Shown in pieces: positions 47,678 to 57,746 of a stretch of DNA of 64,000 nt. Origin of the DNA: Clostridia bacterium (GTDB lineage Bacteria > Bacillota > Clostridia > Oscillospirales > CAG-382); assembly GCA_017560085.1 (NCBI GenBank), contig JAFYPA010000025.1:1619-65618 (forward strand), in the 5' to 3' direction. The notes beneath the pieces were generated by a model. It had not been told where the DNA came from and made no database searches. It was given only the letters and a program-made list of their open reading frames with translations. The position numbers and the translations under genes are program-made. The stretch's first letter is position 1, and each line of letters opens with the position of its first letter.

Positions 47678-48211
47678 TCAGTTAAGATATCCGATTTCGC
47701 CCGTCGCAACCGTCATTACACCGTTATAAAAGGCATCGGGGTCGTTGTCGATTCTGTTGTATACCTTGAGAGCATCCATGCTCTTGCGGAAAAAGAGAGT
47801 AGTGGAAAAGTAGGTCTTTCCCGCAACCAGCATCTCGAATTTCACGTTTGACCCGCCGGAAACGGACTCGAGGTCAAGTCGGTAGTCGATACCGCAGACA
47901 ATCTTTTTGTATCTTCGGAGCGACTTGTTGATTGCGCCTCTGAAAAGGGGCTTTTTTTCCTTGAGTGCAGACACGATTGAGTGCCCCACATCGGATATGG
48001 CGGCATAGCTTTCGCTCATCGCGCTTCCGCTCTTTTTTACATATATCTGACCTGCCGACTCAAGGTCGGAAAGGTATGTGTCAATCTGCATTTTGTCAAG
48101 CTCGCCGCAGGCAAGAAGTATCTCGCGCGCCTCGGCAAGAGTTACCTCGTCGGGCAGCTCCGAAAACACAAACAACGCCAGAAGCTCCGCTTCCTGTTTC
48201 TGTATAAGCAA
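47678..48211 (-). CDS. Hypothetical protein, DUF4364-like
   Basis: N-terminal winged-helix-like region and C-terminal P..FY..VM pattern; co-oriented with the HAD gene. Confidence 0.5.
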   Translation of the reverse strand: MLIQKQEAELLALFVFSELPDEVTLAEAREILLACGELDKMQIDTYLSDLESAGQIYVKKSGSAMSESYAAISDVGHSIVSALKEKKPLFRGAINKSLRRYKKIVCGIDYRLDLESVSGGSNVKFEMLVAGKTYFSTTLFFRKSMDALKVYNRIDNDPDAFYNGVMTVATGEIGYLN

Positions 48212-48468
48212 CTGTATTTCCTCGCAATTTATTCTGTTTTATTATCCAAAAGAGTATACCACACGGGGGAGAGATTTTCAACCGCTTTTTTATGTATAAT
48301 TTGTAACAAGCAGAGCTATGGGCAAATGCGGATTTTCGTTGGGATTTTGTGATAACCTCTTGACAAATGTCGGGGGGATTGTGTATAATTATATTACAAA
48401 GGACAAAAATATTTACAGCATAAATATAAAACAACAATCGGCAAAGCCGAAGGAAAGGCGGTACGGTT

Positions 48469-48825
48469 ATGGATATAAAGGACATAAAAAGCAAGGTATC
48501 TTCAATAACTGACGACGTTAAGGGTGGTCTGGAAATTATGGGCAGATACGTTCTCAGGCACGACATCCGCTCGAAAATCACTCTTCTCGACAAAGAAAAG
48601 GGCGTAAAGCTTTTCGAAAAGGACAGAAACACAACGGACGAATATCCGCTTGTAAAGCTTGTGGCTCTTGTTTTTGCGGCGTTAGCGGGAATTGCCGTTA
48701 TCGCAATCGGTCTTTCGGCCGGTGCAAGCCGCAAGAAGGTCATCAAGGCACAGAAGTCGGAAATTAAAAGACTTCGCAAGCTCTGCAAGGGTGCGGGCGT
48801 TGACACAAGCATAAAGAAAAAATGA
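48469..48825 (+). CDS. Hypothetical protein with a single TM helix
   Basis: SD GAAAGGCGG; upstream TTGACA-N18-TATAAT (48360-48389). Confidence 0.7.
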   Translation: MDIKDIKSKVSSITDDVKGGLEIMGRYVLRHDIRSKITLLDKEKGVKLFEKDRNTTDEYPLVKLVALVFAALAGIAVIAIGLSAGASRKKVIKAQKSEIKRLRKLCKGAGVDTSIKKK

Positions 48826-48878
48826 CACGCAGAAAATGCGTTTCGGAAATACACTAAAAAACGAAAGGAATCACGACT

Positions 48879-49109
48879 ATGCCTCACATTAACGTAAAAA
48901 TGATAGAAGGAAGAAGCGAGGAGCAGAAGAAGGCACTCGCAGCCGCACTCCAGAAGGCACTCACGGAAACCCTCGGCTGTGCCGATATGTGGGTATCAAT
49001 CTCCATTGACGACTACAACGGAAAAGAATGGCAGGATGTCTTTGAAAAGGACATCAAGGGAAGCAGGCTTTACAAGGAGCCTGAATACGATCCTAAGATT
49101 TTGCTTTGA
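48879..49109 (+). CDS. 4-oxalocrotonate tautomerase family protein
   Basis: N-terminal Pro1, PHINVKM..GRSEEQK. Confidence 0.9.
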   Translation: MPHINVKMIEGRSEEQKKALAAALQKALTETLGCADMWVSISIDDYNGKEWQDVFEKDIKGSRLYKEPEYDPKILL

Positions 49110-49113
49110 TATG

Positions 49114-49147
49114 AAAAACCCTCGGCGGAAATGCCGGGGGTTTTTTT
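49114..49147 (+). terminator. Intrinsic terminator
   Basis: AAAAACCCTCGGC..GCCGGGGG followed by T7. Confidence 0.8.
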
Positions 49148-49608
49148 CGGTGCGGTGCACCGAAATGCATAATGCATAATGCATAATGCATAATCGAGGT
49201 TGATTGCTTCGCAATCTTCGATTATTTAAATTTGGGTTTATCGGGGAGTTTGTGCACCCTCTGAACGCATTTTTAATCTGATGTGGGTGCTTCCTGCTAA
49301 CTCCCTCAGTCAGCTATGCTGACAGCTCCCTCAAGAGGGAGCCATACTGTGCCCCTGCTTTGGTGCGGATATTCGAGTTTTCGCAATGCCTTATGCCATT
49401 TTGTTTTGCATATTGTTTCGGCTGTTGCAGAAGGGTGGACTTTTGTGTGGCTCCCTCTTGAGGGAGCTGTCGCCGTAGGCGACTGAGGGAGTTAGCGGGA
49501 ATCGCAATGATTGTAATTCGCACAATTATAAGTGGGTACACAAACATCCCGATAAACCCAATTTTGCATTTTGCATTTATCATTTTGCATTTCGGTGCAC
49601 CGCACCGA
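49147..49608. mobile_element. MITE/REPIN-like triple-nested palindromic element
   Basis: Perfect 23-bp terminal IR 49147-49169 / 49586-49608; second IR about 49228-49260 / 49533-49565; inner 49-bp IR 49296-49344 / 49448-49496. Confidence 0.75.
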
Positions 49609-49692
49609 CAAATTCCAAAAAAATCCTGCCCCGAAACAGCATCTCACCGTTTCGGGGCGTTCATATTTTTGCTTTATCGGTTAACCGCGATA

Positions 49693-52600
49693 TTACTTCG
49701 CAACCGCCTTAAGGTCGAAAGCCTGTGCGGATACAAGGTTTTCAAATACCGCCCACGCCGCAACATCAACATATGCGTTGTCCTTGAGCTTGCCACCCTC
49801 AAAGTAGCTTGAGCCCTTTACGTTGCCCATAGGCATAAGGTGAATCTGATCGAAGTATGCTGTTCCTGCGGGTACGCCCGTAATCTGAACGATTACCTCT
49901 TCCCATTCATCCGTGCCCTTTGCGGGGTTTGTAGCGGATGCCGCCTTGGAGGCGAGAAGTACATTGCCGTCAGCGTCCTTGAAGCGGTATACGTTGATGT
50001 AGGGTGCTACCTGCTGGTTTGTTCTCATAAGTATCTTGAAGTATACAACTCCGTTACCTGTCTTAGGCTTTGGAAGTCCGTGGCAGTCCATGTTGATTGC
50101 CGCAGAATCATCCTTGAAGCTGAGGTGAACATAGGTAATACCTGTTGCGGAATCTACGAGAGTTTCCGTGTCGTAGGAGTTTCTCTTGTCCTTATAGAGT
50201 GTTTTGTCCTTCTGTGTTCTTATAAGAAGAGGATCTGTAACGTTTGTGCTTTCGGCTACAGCGGGGAGAAGCTCCTTCTCGGGTACTGCGGGAGCGGCTG
50301 CTACCTTTCTGTCCTCGTCCGTTACCTCTGCCTTCTTTTCGTGTGTGTAGGTGTATGTATACTTGGGAATGTAGTCTACATAGTAAACCTGTGCGTTCTT
50401 ATCGCCGAGTGCTGTCTGGATTGCGTACTTTGCTCCGAGGTCTGCTTCAGCCTTGTGGCCTCTGCCGTTTTCGAAGAGGTGGTTGCCGATACCCTGGATA
50501 TATACATTTCCGTCATATACAGGTGCTGTTGCATCAAAGTCGGAGTATGTCTGTGTGAGCTCGTGAACGGCTCTGTCGAGTACGTTGTTTCTGATGTAGT
50601 ATTCGGTGAATTCGTTCTTGGAGTTACCTGAACGGATATTTCTCTGGTTGTTTACGTCGGGACGGATAGAGCCGAAGCCGTAGCCTGCACGACGGAGAAG
50701 GTTTCCTTCAATCACAACATTCTTACCCTGTCTGAGTGCGGTGGGCTTGTCTGTGGATGCGGAGAGGAAGTATTCGATGTTGTATACGCAGTCTGTGATT
50801 ACATTGTCCTTGTAGAGAATGTTGTCTTCTCTTGCATCAACGGTTGAGCCCTTGGAAATCTGATGTGTGATACCTGCATCGTAGCACTGGTAAACATAGC
50901 AGTTTTCAATTACATAGCCGTCGCACGCACCGTAAACCTCGATACCGTTACCGAAGGGAGTTACGGAGCCGTTTGCGTTGTAGCCCTGAGTAGAGCCACC
51001 AATCCAGCCGATTTCACAGTTCTGAATTACAAGACCCACAACTGTGCCCGAGCCGATACCGTGAGAGCCGCCGTATTTTACGCAGATGTTATCGAAGGTT
51101 ACATTGTTAGCCGCCTGAATTACGTTGATTCTTGTGTTGAATTCGAGAGAGTCGAATACCTTACCGGGGTTACCGTTGTCACATCTGAAGTAGAGAGGAC
51201 CACGGGCTGTGCCGATGTTGATAATCTTGGAAGCGGATTCTGCAAGGTGAACGAATTCAAAGTTCTTGTCAAGCTCCTTCTTCCAGTCGTATGCAACGTC
51301 GTTCTTGCCTCTGACAAGCCACTTGCCGTCGTATGTGGGACGCTCCTTGATAGCGAAGCCGCCGTCAACGCCGTCGTTGAATACGATTGTACCTACGTCA
51401 TCATAGTTCTTTTCGTCGTAGTACTTCCAGATGAGTGCGCCTGTTTCCTTATCCTCGTGAACGAGAGTCCACTTCTTGGGATCTGCACCGTTTTCGGGCG
51501 AGCCGTAGAAGGTAGGCTTTGCGCCTTCGCCGTATGCGGTGTAAACAACGCCCGCAACTGCCTGCCACTTTTCACGCCAGATATCGCCTCTCTTAAAGAG
51601 AACCGCGTCACCGGCTGTTGTCATTCTCATAGCCTTTAAAACAGTCTTTACGGGAGTGCTTTCTGAAAGACCGTCGTTCTTGTCGTCACCTGTGGAGGAG
51701 GAAACGTAAATCTTCTTACCCTTGATGCCGGAAAGGTCCATATTGGGTGTGCTTCTGATTTCTTCTATTCTCTTCTCTTCAAGAGCATCGTATTCCGCAA
51801 CCTTTGCGTAGCCTGCTTCCTTGTTGTAAAGAGTTGTTGTGTCAATCTTTTCGCTGAGTGCGAGAAGGGGATCCTTTGTTGTGTAGAGCCACTGACCTGC
51901 CTGCTCAACATGGGGAACCGTTGCTTCCGCAATGTCTGCGAATGCCCAGTGTGTGCTGTCAACATCGAGGAAGAGGATGTAGATGTTGCCCGTGAGGTTT
52001 TCCATCTTCTTGGAGATGCCCTTTGCACGGTTGATTACGGTTACAACCTCTGCTCTTGTGATTGTGTTGTCGGGCTTGAATGTGAATGTGCCGTCAGATT
52101 CTGCATAGCCGTTGATAAGACCTGCGGAAGCCGCCGCCATAATGGATGTGTACTTTGCGTGGTCAGCGGGAACATCTGTAAATGCTGCCTTGATTCCCTT
52201 ATCCTGTGCAAGACCCGTAAGGTATACGAGCTCGGAGAATTCAGCTCTTGTGATGGGCTTGTTGGGCTCGAAGCTACCGCTGTAGCTCTTAAGAAGTCCC
52301 TTAGCCTCGCAGAAGCCGATGTACTTTGCGAACCACTGGTCTGCGGGAACATCAGCAAATGCGGAAGTGCCTGCAATGTTTTCTTCCTTTTCAAGAAGTC
52401 TTGCAATAACCGTACAAGCTTCAGCTCTTGTCATTGTGCCTGCGGGGAGGAATGTACCGTCCGCATAGCCGTTCATATATGTTTCGTGCTTGTCGAATTC
52501 AGGCTCGTCCTTGAAGAAGATGAGGCTGGAGATGTAAAGAGTATCGTCGGGATGCTGATCGTGACCGATAGCTGTACCGAAGCCGTATACCCACATCTGA

Positions 52601-53847
52601 CGGAGGAAGGGAACCGTGCCCTCGATAAATGCTGTGGAAAGCTCGGAAATATCGAAGGTGGAAACCGCCCACGCATCGGTAATGATGTCTTCTCTTGACT
52701 GGAAGCTCATGGGCTTTGAAAGAGTATTGCCGAGGTTTCTGATTTCAATCTTCTGCTTGCCTGTTACGGGCTGCTGAGATTCGTAGTAATATTCGATAGC
52801 GGCATACTTGTATGCGGAAAGGTCGATGTTAGCCTTTGTGTAGTTGTAGCCGTCGATGATTACGGAGCGCTCTTCGGTATATGCGGGGTTGGGTGTTACC
52901 TGAACAACAACCTTGCCGTCGAATTCAACACCGTTTTCAACAACGCCGGTGTCTCTGTTTGTAACAATACCGTTTGCGTAGTCGGAGAAGGAGAAGGTTG
53001 CAATGTCGGGAGAAACAACTCTTACCTTCCACTGTGCCTCATATACAATGTCAAATTCGGGGTTGGAAACAACCGTGCCTGCGGGAACGATATCCTCTGT
53101 ACCGGACTTCTTCCAGCCGAGGAATTCCGCATTTTCAAAGTTATAGGGGTTTTCGGGAAGAGTGAAGGTTTCACCGGGCTTAAGCTTATAGTCCTTGTCC
53201 TCGCCCTGTGCGTCGGGGTTTACCTTGCGGAGCGAGATTGTTGTAAGTGAATCCGGGTCGGGATTCTTCTTGTAGAATACAACCTTATCGATGTAAATCA
53301 CATCTGTTTCCTTGAGTGTTCCGGGATTTGTGTTGTTGAAGGGACGGATACCCATCTGCTTAAGGTTACCGGGTGTACCGCTCATTGCGGAGAGGTTGAA
53401 GATAGCCTCGTCCCACTTGTTTGCAACGATGTCCTTGTTGGAAAGAACCTCACAGCTCATGGGGTTTGAGAATCTGCAGTAAAGCTTTCCGTTGTAGGAG
53501 GGATTCTCCGACTGGTAGTAATATGTAACGCCTACGTACTTATAGTCGGGAAGCGGAATCTTTACAGCCTTACCGTCAACGCCGTAGTGGTCAAGAGTCA
53601 TAACGGTGGAATTTGCAAGATCAGGTGTGGGAGTAATCTTAACAACGCTTCTGCCGTCAAAGGTTGCGTCTCTGTCTGCAATACCTACGGTTGCCTTGTT
53701 AACAAATTCGCAGAACAATGTTCTGTAGTCGTAAACGATTGTGTCACCGTCTACTCTGGGTGCTTCGCCCTGTGAAGCCGAAACGGTAAATGCAAGAGTG
53801 CTTACCGCCATAAGAGCACAGAGCACGAGAGAGAGAATTTTCTTCAT
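49693..53847 (-). CDS. SLH-anchored right-handed beta-helix protein (paralog 4)
   Basis: Same architecture as paralog 1, including the C-terminal module ending DVAAWAVF.NL.SA.AFDL; PFGNGIEVYG, YDAGITHQ. Confidence 0.88.
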   Translation of the reverse strand: MKKILSLVLCALMAVSTLAFTVSASQGEAPRVDGDTIVYDYRTLFCEFVNKATVGIADRDATFDGRSVVKITPTPDLANSTVMTLDHYGVDGKAVKIPLPDYKYVGVTYYYQSENPSYNGKLYCRFSNPMSCEVLSNKDIVANKWDEAIFNLSAMSGTPGNLKQMGIRPFNNTNPGTLKETDVIYIDKVVFYKKNPDPDSLTTISLRKVNPDAQGEDKDYKLKPGETFTLPENPYNFENAEFLGWKKSGTEDIVPAGTVVSNPEFDIVYEAQWKVRVVSPDIATFSFSDYANGIVTNRDTGVVENGVEFDGKVVVQVTPNPAYTEERSVIIDGYNYTKANIDLSAYKYAAIEYYYESQQPVTGKQKIEIRNLGNTLSKPMSFQSREDIITDAWAVSTFDISELSTAFIEGTVPFLRQMWVYGFGTAIGHDQHPDDTLYISSLIFFKDEPEFDKHETYMNGYADGTFLPAGTMTRAEACTVIARLLEKEENIAGTSAFADVPADQWFAKYIGFCEAKGLLKSYSGSFEPNKPITRAEFSELVYLTGLAQDKGIKAAFTDVPADHAKYTSIMAAASAGLINGYAESDGTFTFKPDNTITRAEVVTVINRAKGISKKMENLTGNIYILFLDVDSTHWAFADIAEATVPHVEQAGQWLYTTKDPLLALSEKIDTTTLYNKEAGYAKVAEYDALEEKRIEEIRSTPNMDLSGIKGKKIYVSSSTGDDKNDGLSESTPVKTVLKAMRMTTAGDAVLFKRGDIWREKWQAVAGVVYTAYGEGAKPTFYGSPENGADPKKWTLVHEDKETGALIWKYYDEKNYDDVGTIVFNDGVDGGFAIKERPTYDGKWLVRGKNDVAYDWKKELDKNFEFVHLAESASKIINIGTARGPLYFRCDNGNPGKVFDSLEFNTRINVIQAANNVTFDNICVKYGGSHGIGSGTVVGLVIQNCEIGWIGGSTQGYNANGSVTPFGNGIEVYGACDGYVIENCYVYQCYDAGITHQISKGSTVDAREDNILYKDNVITDCVYNIEYFLSASTDKPTALRQGKNVVIEGNLLRRAGYGFGSIRPDVNNQRNIRSGNSKNEFTEYYIRNNVLDRAVHELTQTYSDFDATAPVYDGNVYIQGIGNHLFENGRGHKAEADLGAKYAIQTALGDKNAQVYYVDYIPKYTYTYTHEKKAEVTDEDRKVAAAPAVPEKELLPAVAESTNVTDPLLIRTQKDKTLYKDKRNSYDTETLVDSATGITYVHLSFKDDSAAINMDCHGLPKPKTGNGVVYFKILMRTNQQVAPYINVYRFKDADGNVLLASKAASATNPAKGTDEWEEVIVQITGVPAGTAYFDQIHLMPMGNVKGSSYFEGGKLKDNAYVDVAAWAVFENLVSAQAFDLKAVAK

Positions 53848-54059
53848 AGTCTCTTTCCTTTCTTTGGGGAAAATTTTAAATTTCGGATAGCCTCCGAAGC
53901 TTACCACTATTATGACTTATTTTTGCTTATTTGTCAAGTGAGAAAATGTTGATATTTACTAAAAAAATAGCAGTTTTTTATATTTTCGGCGAAAGATACC
54001 CGTAATTCACACCCGAAGCAAAAAAATCCCCCGCACGATAGCACGGGGGAAATAGTTTT

Positions 54060-57000
54060 TTATTTTACATCCGCAGGAACATAGTAAAGCTTCGCTTCCG
54101 TCTCACCGATTTTCTCGAGAGCGTCAACGGCAGTACCGTTGAAGTTATACTGTGTCGAGCCGTTTGCACCCATCTTTGTGAAGGTGTTGCCGTATCTCTG
54201 AATGTATGTGTTGCCCTTGAGGACGGGAAGCCATACCGCAGAGTTTGCACCGATGTCGCAGGCGTTTACCTTATCCATAAAGAAGGTATTGTTCTCGATT
54301 CTGAACTCCTCCGCACGGTTATAGGAAAGCTCCCAGCCCTTGATTGAAGCACTTCTTGACGGGTCGTGTCCCCAGCCCTCACCGCTTCTTGCAAGGAGGT
54401 TGTCCGTGTAGTTGATGTTCTTCATATATCTTTCAACGCTTGCCGTATCGCCCGCACCGATGAAATACTCGATGTTGTAGATACACTTGTCGATTACATT
54501 GTTCTTAAAGTATACATTCTGCTGAATAATCATACCTGCGCCACCCGCGGAATACTGATGTGTGATGCCCGCGTCGTAGCACTGATAGATATAACAGCTG
54601 TCGATTGTGAAGCCGTTGCATCCGCCGTAAACCTCGATGCCGTTACCGTATCTTGTCATATTGCCCTTGCTGTAGTGCTGAGCGGAGCCGCCTATCCAGC
54701 CGATTTCGAGATTTCTGAAGGTTACATTATTTACCGTACCCATGGAAATTGCGTGACCGCCGGTGTAGATAAGCTTGAGGTTTTCAAATGTGTTGCCCGT
54801 CTTTGCGGAAATGATGGAGGATCTCTGTGCGATTTCCACGGAGTCGTATACCTTACCGGGATTACCCTCGTCGCATCTTACATAGAGAGTGGAGTTTCTC
54901 GTTGTAACATCCGCACCGTCCGTGTTTACCGTTCCGTAAGCTATTACGAAGGTCTCGTTGGCTGTGAGCATATCCTTGATTTCAACATCCTTGTTGTTCA
55001 GCTGATACTTGCCCGCAACGATTCTCGGCATAACCTTTGTAAGGGTCTTTTCGCCGCCGTTTATAATAACGTTACCTACATCGTTTACCTTGTCGCCAAG
55101 CGCCCAGATGTTTGTTGTGCCCTCAAGGAGAGTCCATCTTGATTCATCCGCAAGGTCACCGAGGATGTTGCCGTTGAATATCGGCTTTTCGCCCTCTCCG
55201 TATGCACCGTAGCTTACATTTGCGACAGCCGCCCAGGGCTCACGCCACATATCGCCTCTGTTGAAGAGCACTGCGTCGCCTTCTCTTGCAACGGAGCCTG
55301 CCTTCTTTGCGGTTGCGAAGGGCTTGTCCGCAGAAAGACCGTCGTTGTCGTCGCTTCCGCTTGCGGAAACATAGTATGTCTTACCCTTTACGGATACTGC
55401 GGAGTCGGGTGCGTTCTTTATTTCTTCTATTCTCTTGTCGATAAGGGCGGAGGTCTCTTCCATCTTCTTTGTGCCCGCATCATAGTCGGGTGTGAAGTCC
55501 TCGTCACCGCTGTCCTCGATGAATTTCTTCTTCCATACCTCCTTGCCGTCCTCGTTATAGTAGGAAATATGACCGACGGAGGCATCTATAATATCGGCAA
55601 ATGCCCAGTGCTCCTCGGTAACATCCGAGAAGAGCTTCTTTGAGGAAGCGGAAATGCCCTGTGCCGAGGGAGCTCTGCCGTAGGCGTTATTGATAACCTT
55701 TACGACCTCTGCTCTTGTAATTGTGTTGTCAGGCTTGAAGCTGAATGTGCCGTCACCATTGTCGTAGCCGTTTACAAGTCCTGCCTTGCCCGCCGCGGAA
55801 ACAACCTCGGCTCTTGCGTGGTCTGCGGGGACATCCGTGAATGTGCCGTTCTTGCCGTTGTCGGAAAGGAGTCCCATATTGTAAACAAGCTCCACGAATT
55901 CGGCTCTTGTGATTGCCTGATTGGGCTTGAATTCACCGCTGTAGCTCTTAAGATATCCGAGCGATTCCACATAGGAAACATACTTGTGATACCAGTCTGC
56001 GGGAAGAACATCGGAGAATGCTGTTGTCTTATCCGCGGGAACCTTATCGTCACCGCCCGCACAGAGTCTTGCAACTATTGTACAAGCCTCGGCTCTTGTC
56101 ATATTGCCGTTCACACCGAATGTGCCGTCGGCATAGCCGTTGATGTAGCTGTCGTGATAGCCCGATGCTGTTGATGCCTCGGGAATTGCGTAAATTTTGG
56201 CAACGTAGATTCTGTCGTTTTCGTTGAGATTCTTTACTGCTGTGTCACCGAGGGGAATAACGTGCGCCTGCATAATTACGGGGTCTACGCCCTCGATTTT
56301 CTTTTCCTTGCCCACTGTGAGGTCAAAGGAGGTAAGCGCCCATCTGTTTGCAACAAAGTTCTCACGGGATACGAGATATGAGTGTCCCTTGAAGGTATTC
56401 TGCTTCATAATGTTGAACTTTGCCTTTGCGCCCGCCACGGGAGTATCCGTAACATATTTGTAGAGAATCATAAGGGTGGAATAGCCGTTGAGGTTAATCT
56501 TCGCACCGCCGTAGCTCCAGCCGTCAAGGATGATTGTACCCGAAGCACCGTTCTTCTCGTATGCGGGGTTGGGAACAATTTCGATTGCGCTCATTCCGTC
56601 AATTTCAACCTTGTTGAGCTTTGCGGTGTTTTCACCGTTACATACACCGTTGGAGTAATTTACAAAGTCAAGCTCCACGAAATCCTCGGGAACAAAGATT
56701 GTAACCCATCTTACAACAAAGCTTGTACCGGATTCGCCGATTGTGTATGTGTCACCGGGCTGATAAAGAATGCCGTCAGCCTCGTTGTACCAGCCTGCCG
56801 CCTCAAGACCCTTTATCGTGAAGGGGATTTCGGGAAGAGTAATCTTGTCTCCGCTCTTGCCCTCCATATTTGCGGGAGCAGTACCCTCTGCCGTGCCCGC
56901 ACCGGATTCGAAGGAAATCTGATGAAGTGCGTTGGGGTTGGGGTTTTCCTCGGAGAAGATGAAGTTTCTTATAAGCATACAGTCACCCTCGTTGAACATT

Positions 57001-57548
57001 GAGGGCGGATAATCACCGAAGGGCAGGAAGTGAATCTGCGAAAGATTCTTTGCACCTTCCGCAATCACGGGCTTAAGACCTGTACCGATATTTACGGTAA
57101 ACTTACTCCACTCGTTCTTTACGAGATTTTCACCGCATCTTACGGTAACCCTCTTGGTGATGGACTTACCCGGACCCGGGTGGAAATTGAAGTAAGGCTT
57201 TACGCTTACGGGTGCATTTGTGACAAGCTTGTATTCCACCGTGAGGTAGTTATATCTTGTCATATCGATACCGAGATTGTCAATGCTGTAGCCGTCGACA
57301 GCCGCAGCACCCGCCTCGCTTGTGGAGGGGATGGGCTCGATTTTTATAACGCTTCCCATATCCTTATCCTCGGATGCGGAAATTACGGCGTGCTTTTTGC
57401 CGTTAACATTGTTTTTCTGGATTTTGGAATAGTGTATCGTAAGAACACCGCTGTCCGCACTCTGTGCGGAGGTAAATGCCGTGAACGACATTGCGCTCGC
57501 CGTCATAACGCAGGCAAGAGCCGTTGCAAAAATTTTTCTGAGCTTCAT
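54060..57548 (-). CDS. SLH-anchored right-handed beta-helix protein (paralog 5)
   Basis: Signal peptide, two N-terminal modules, B-repeat, SLH repeats, RYGNGIEVYG, YDAGITHQ. Confidence 0.88.
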   Translation of the reverse strand: MKLRKIFATALACVMTASAMSFTAFTSAQSADSGVLTIHYSKIQKNNVNGKKHAVISASEDKDMGSVIKIEPIPSTSEAGAAAVDGYSIDNLGIDMTRYNYLTVEYKLVTNAPVSVKPYFNFHPGPGKSITKRVTVRCGENLVKNEWSKFTVNIGTGLKPVIAEGAKNLSQIHFLPFGDYPPSMFNEGDCMLIRNFIFSEENPNPNALHQISFESGAGTAEGTAPANMEGKSGDKITLPEIPFTIKGLEAAGWYNEADGILYQPGDTYTIGESGTSFVVRWVTIFVPEDFVELDFVNYSNGVCNGENTAKLNKVEIDGMSAIEIVPNPAYEKNGASGTIILDGWSYGGAKINLNGYSTLMILYKYVTDTPVAGAKAKFNIMKQNTFKGHSYLVSRENFVANRWALTSFDLTVGKEKKIEGVDPVIMQAHVIPLGDTAVKNLNENDRIYVAKIYAIPEASTASGYHDSYINGYADGTFGVNGNMTRAEACTIVARLCAGGDDKVPADKTTAFSDVLPADWYHKYVSYVESLGYLKSYSGEFKPNQAITRAEFVELVYNMGLLSDNGKNGTFTDVPADHARAEVVSAAGKAGLVNGYDNGDGTFSFKPDNTITRAEVVKVINNAYGRAPSAQGISASSKKLFSDVTEEHWAFADIIDASVGHISYYNEDGKEVWKKKFIEDSGDEDFTPDYDAGTKKMEETSALIDKRIEEIKNAPDSAVSVKGKTYYVSASGSDDNDGLSADKPFATAKKAGSVAREGDAVLFNRGDMWREPWAAVANVSYGAYGEGEKPIFNGNILGDLADESRWTLLEGTTNIWALGDKVNDVGNVIINGGEKTLTKVMPRIVAGKYQLNNKDVEIKDMLTANETFVIAYGTVNTDGADVTTRNSTLYVRCDEGNPGKVYDSVEIAQRSSIISAKTGNTFENLKLIYTGGHAISMGTVNNVTFRNLEIGWIGGSAQHYSKGNMTRYGNGIEVYGGCNGFTIDSCYIYQCYDAGITHQYSAGGAGMIIQQNVYFKNNVIDKCIYNIEYFIGAGDTASVERYMKNINYTDNLLARSGEGWGHDPSRSASIKGWELSYNRAEEFRIENNTFFMDKVNACDIGANSAVWLPVLKGNTYIQRYGNTFTKMGANGSTQYNFNGTAVDALEKIGETEAKLYYVPADVK

Positions 57549-57746
57549 AAGAGTTCTCCTTTTTCTTTTGGTTTATACAATTCTATCACAGTTTGGTGTT
57601 TGATGTCAATATGTTTTTGGTATGCGGTTTATTAGTTTTTCGCCAAAAAGAGCACAACACCCCTCCCCGACCCGACTTTCGGTCGAAAATACCGTACAAC
57701 GAAAAATCCCCCGAAAAATCGGGGGAATGTCTTGAGGTCTTATGTG

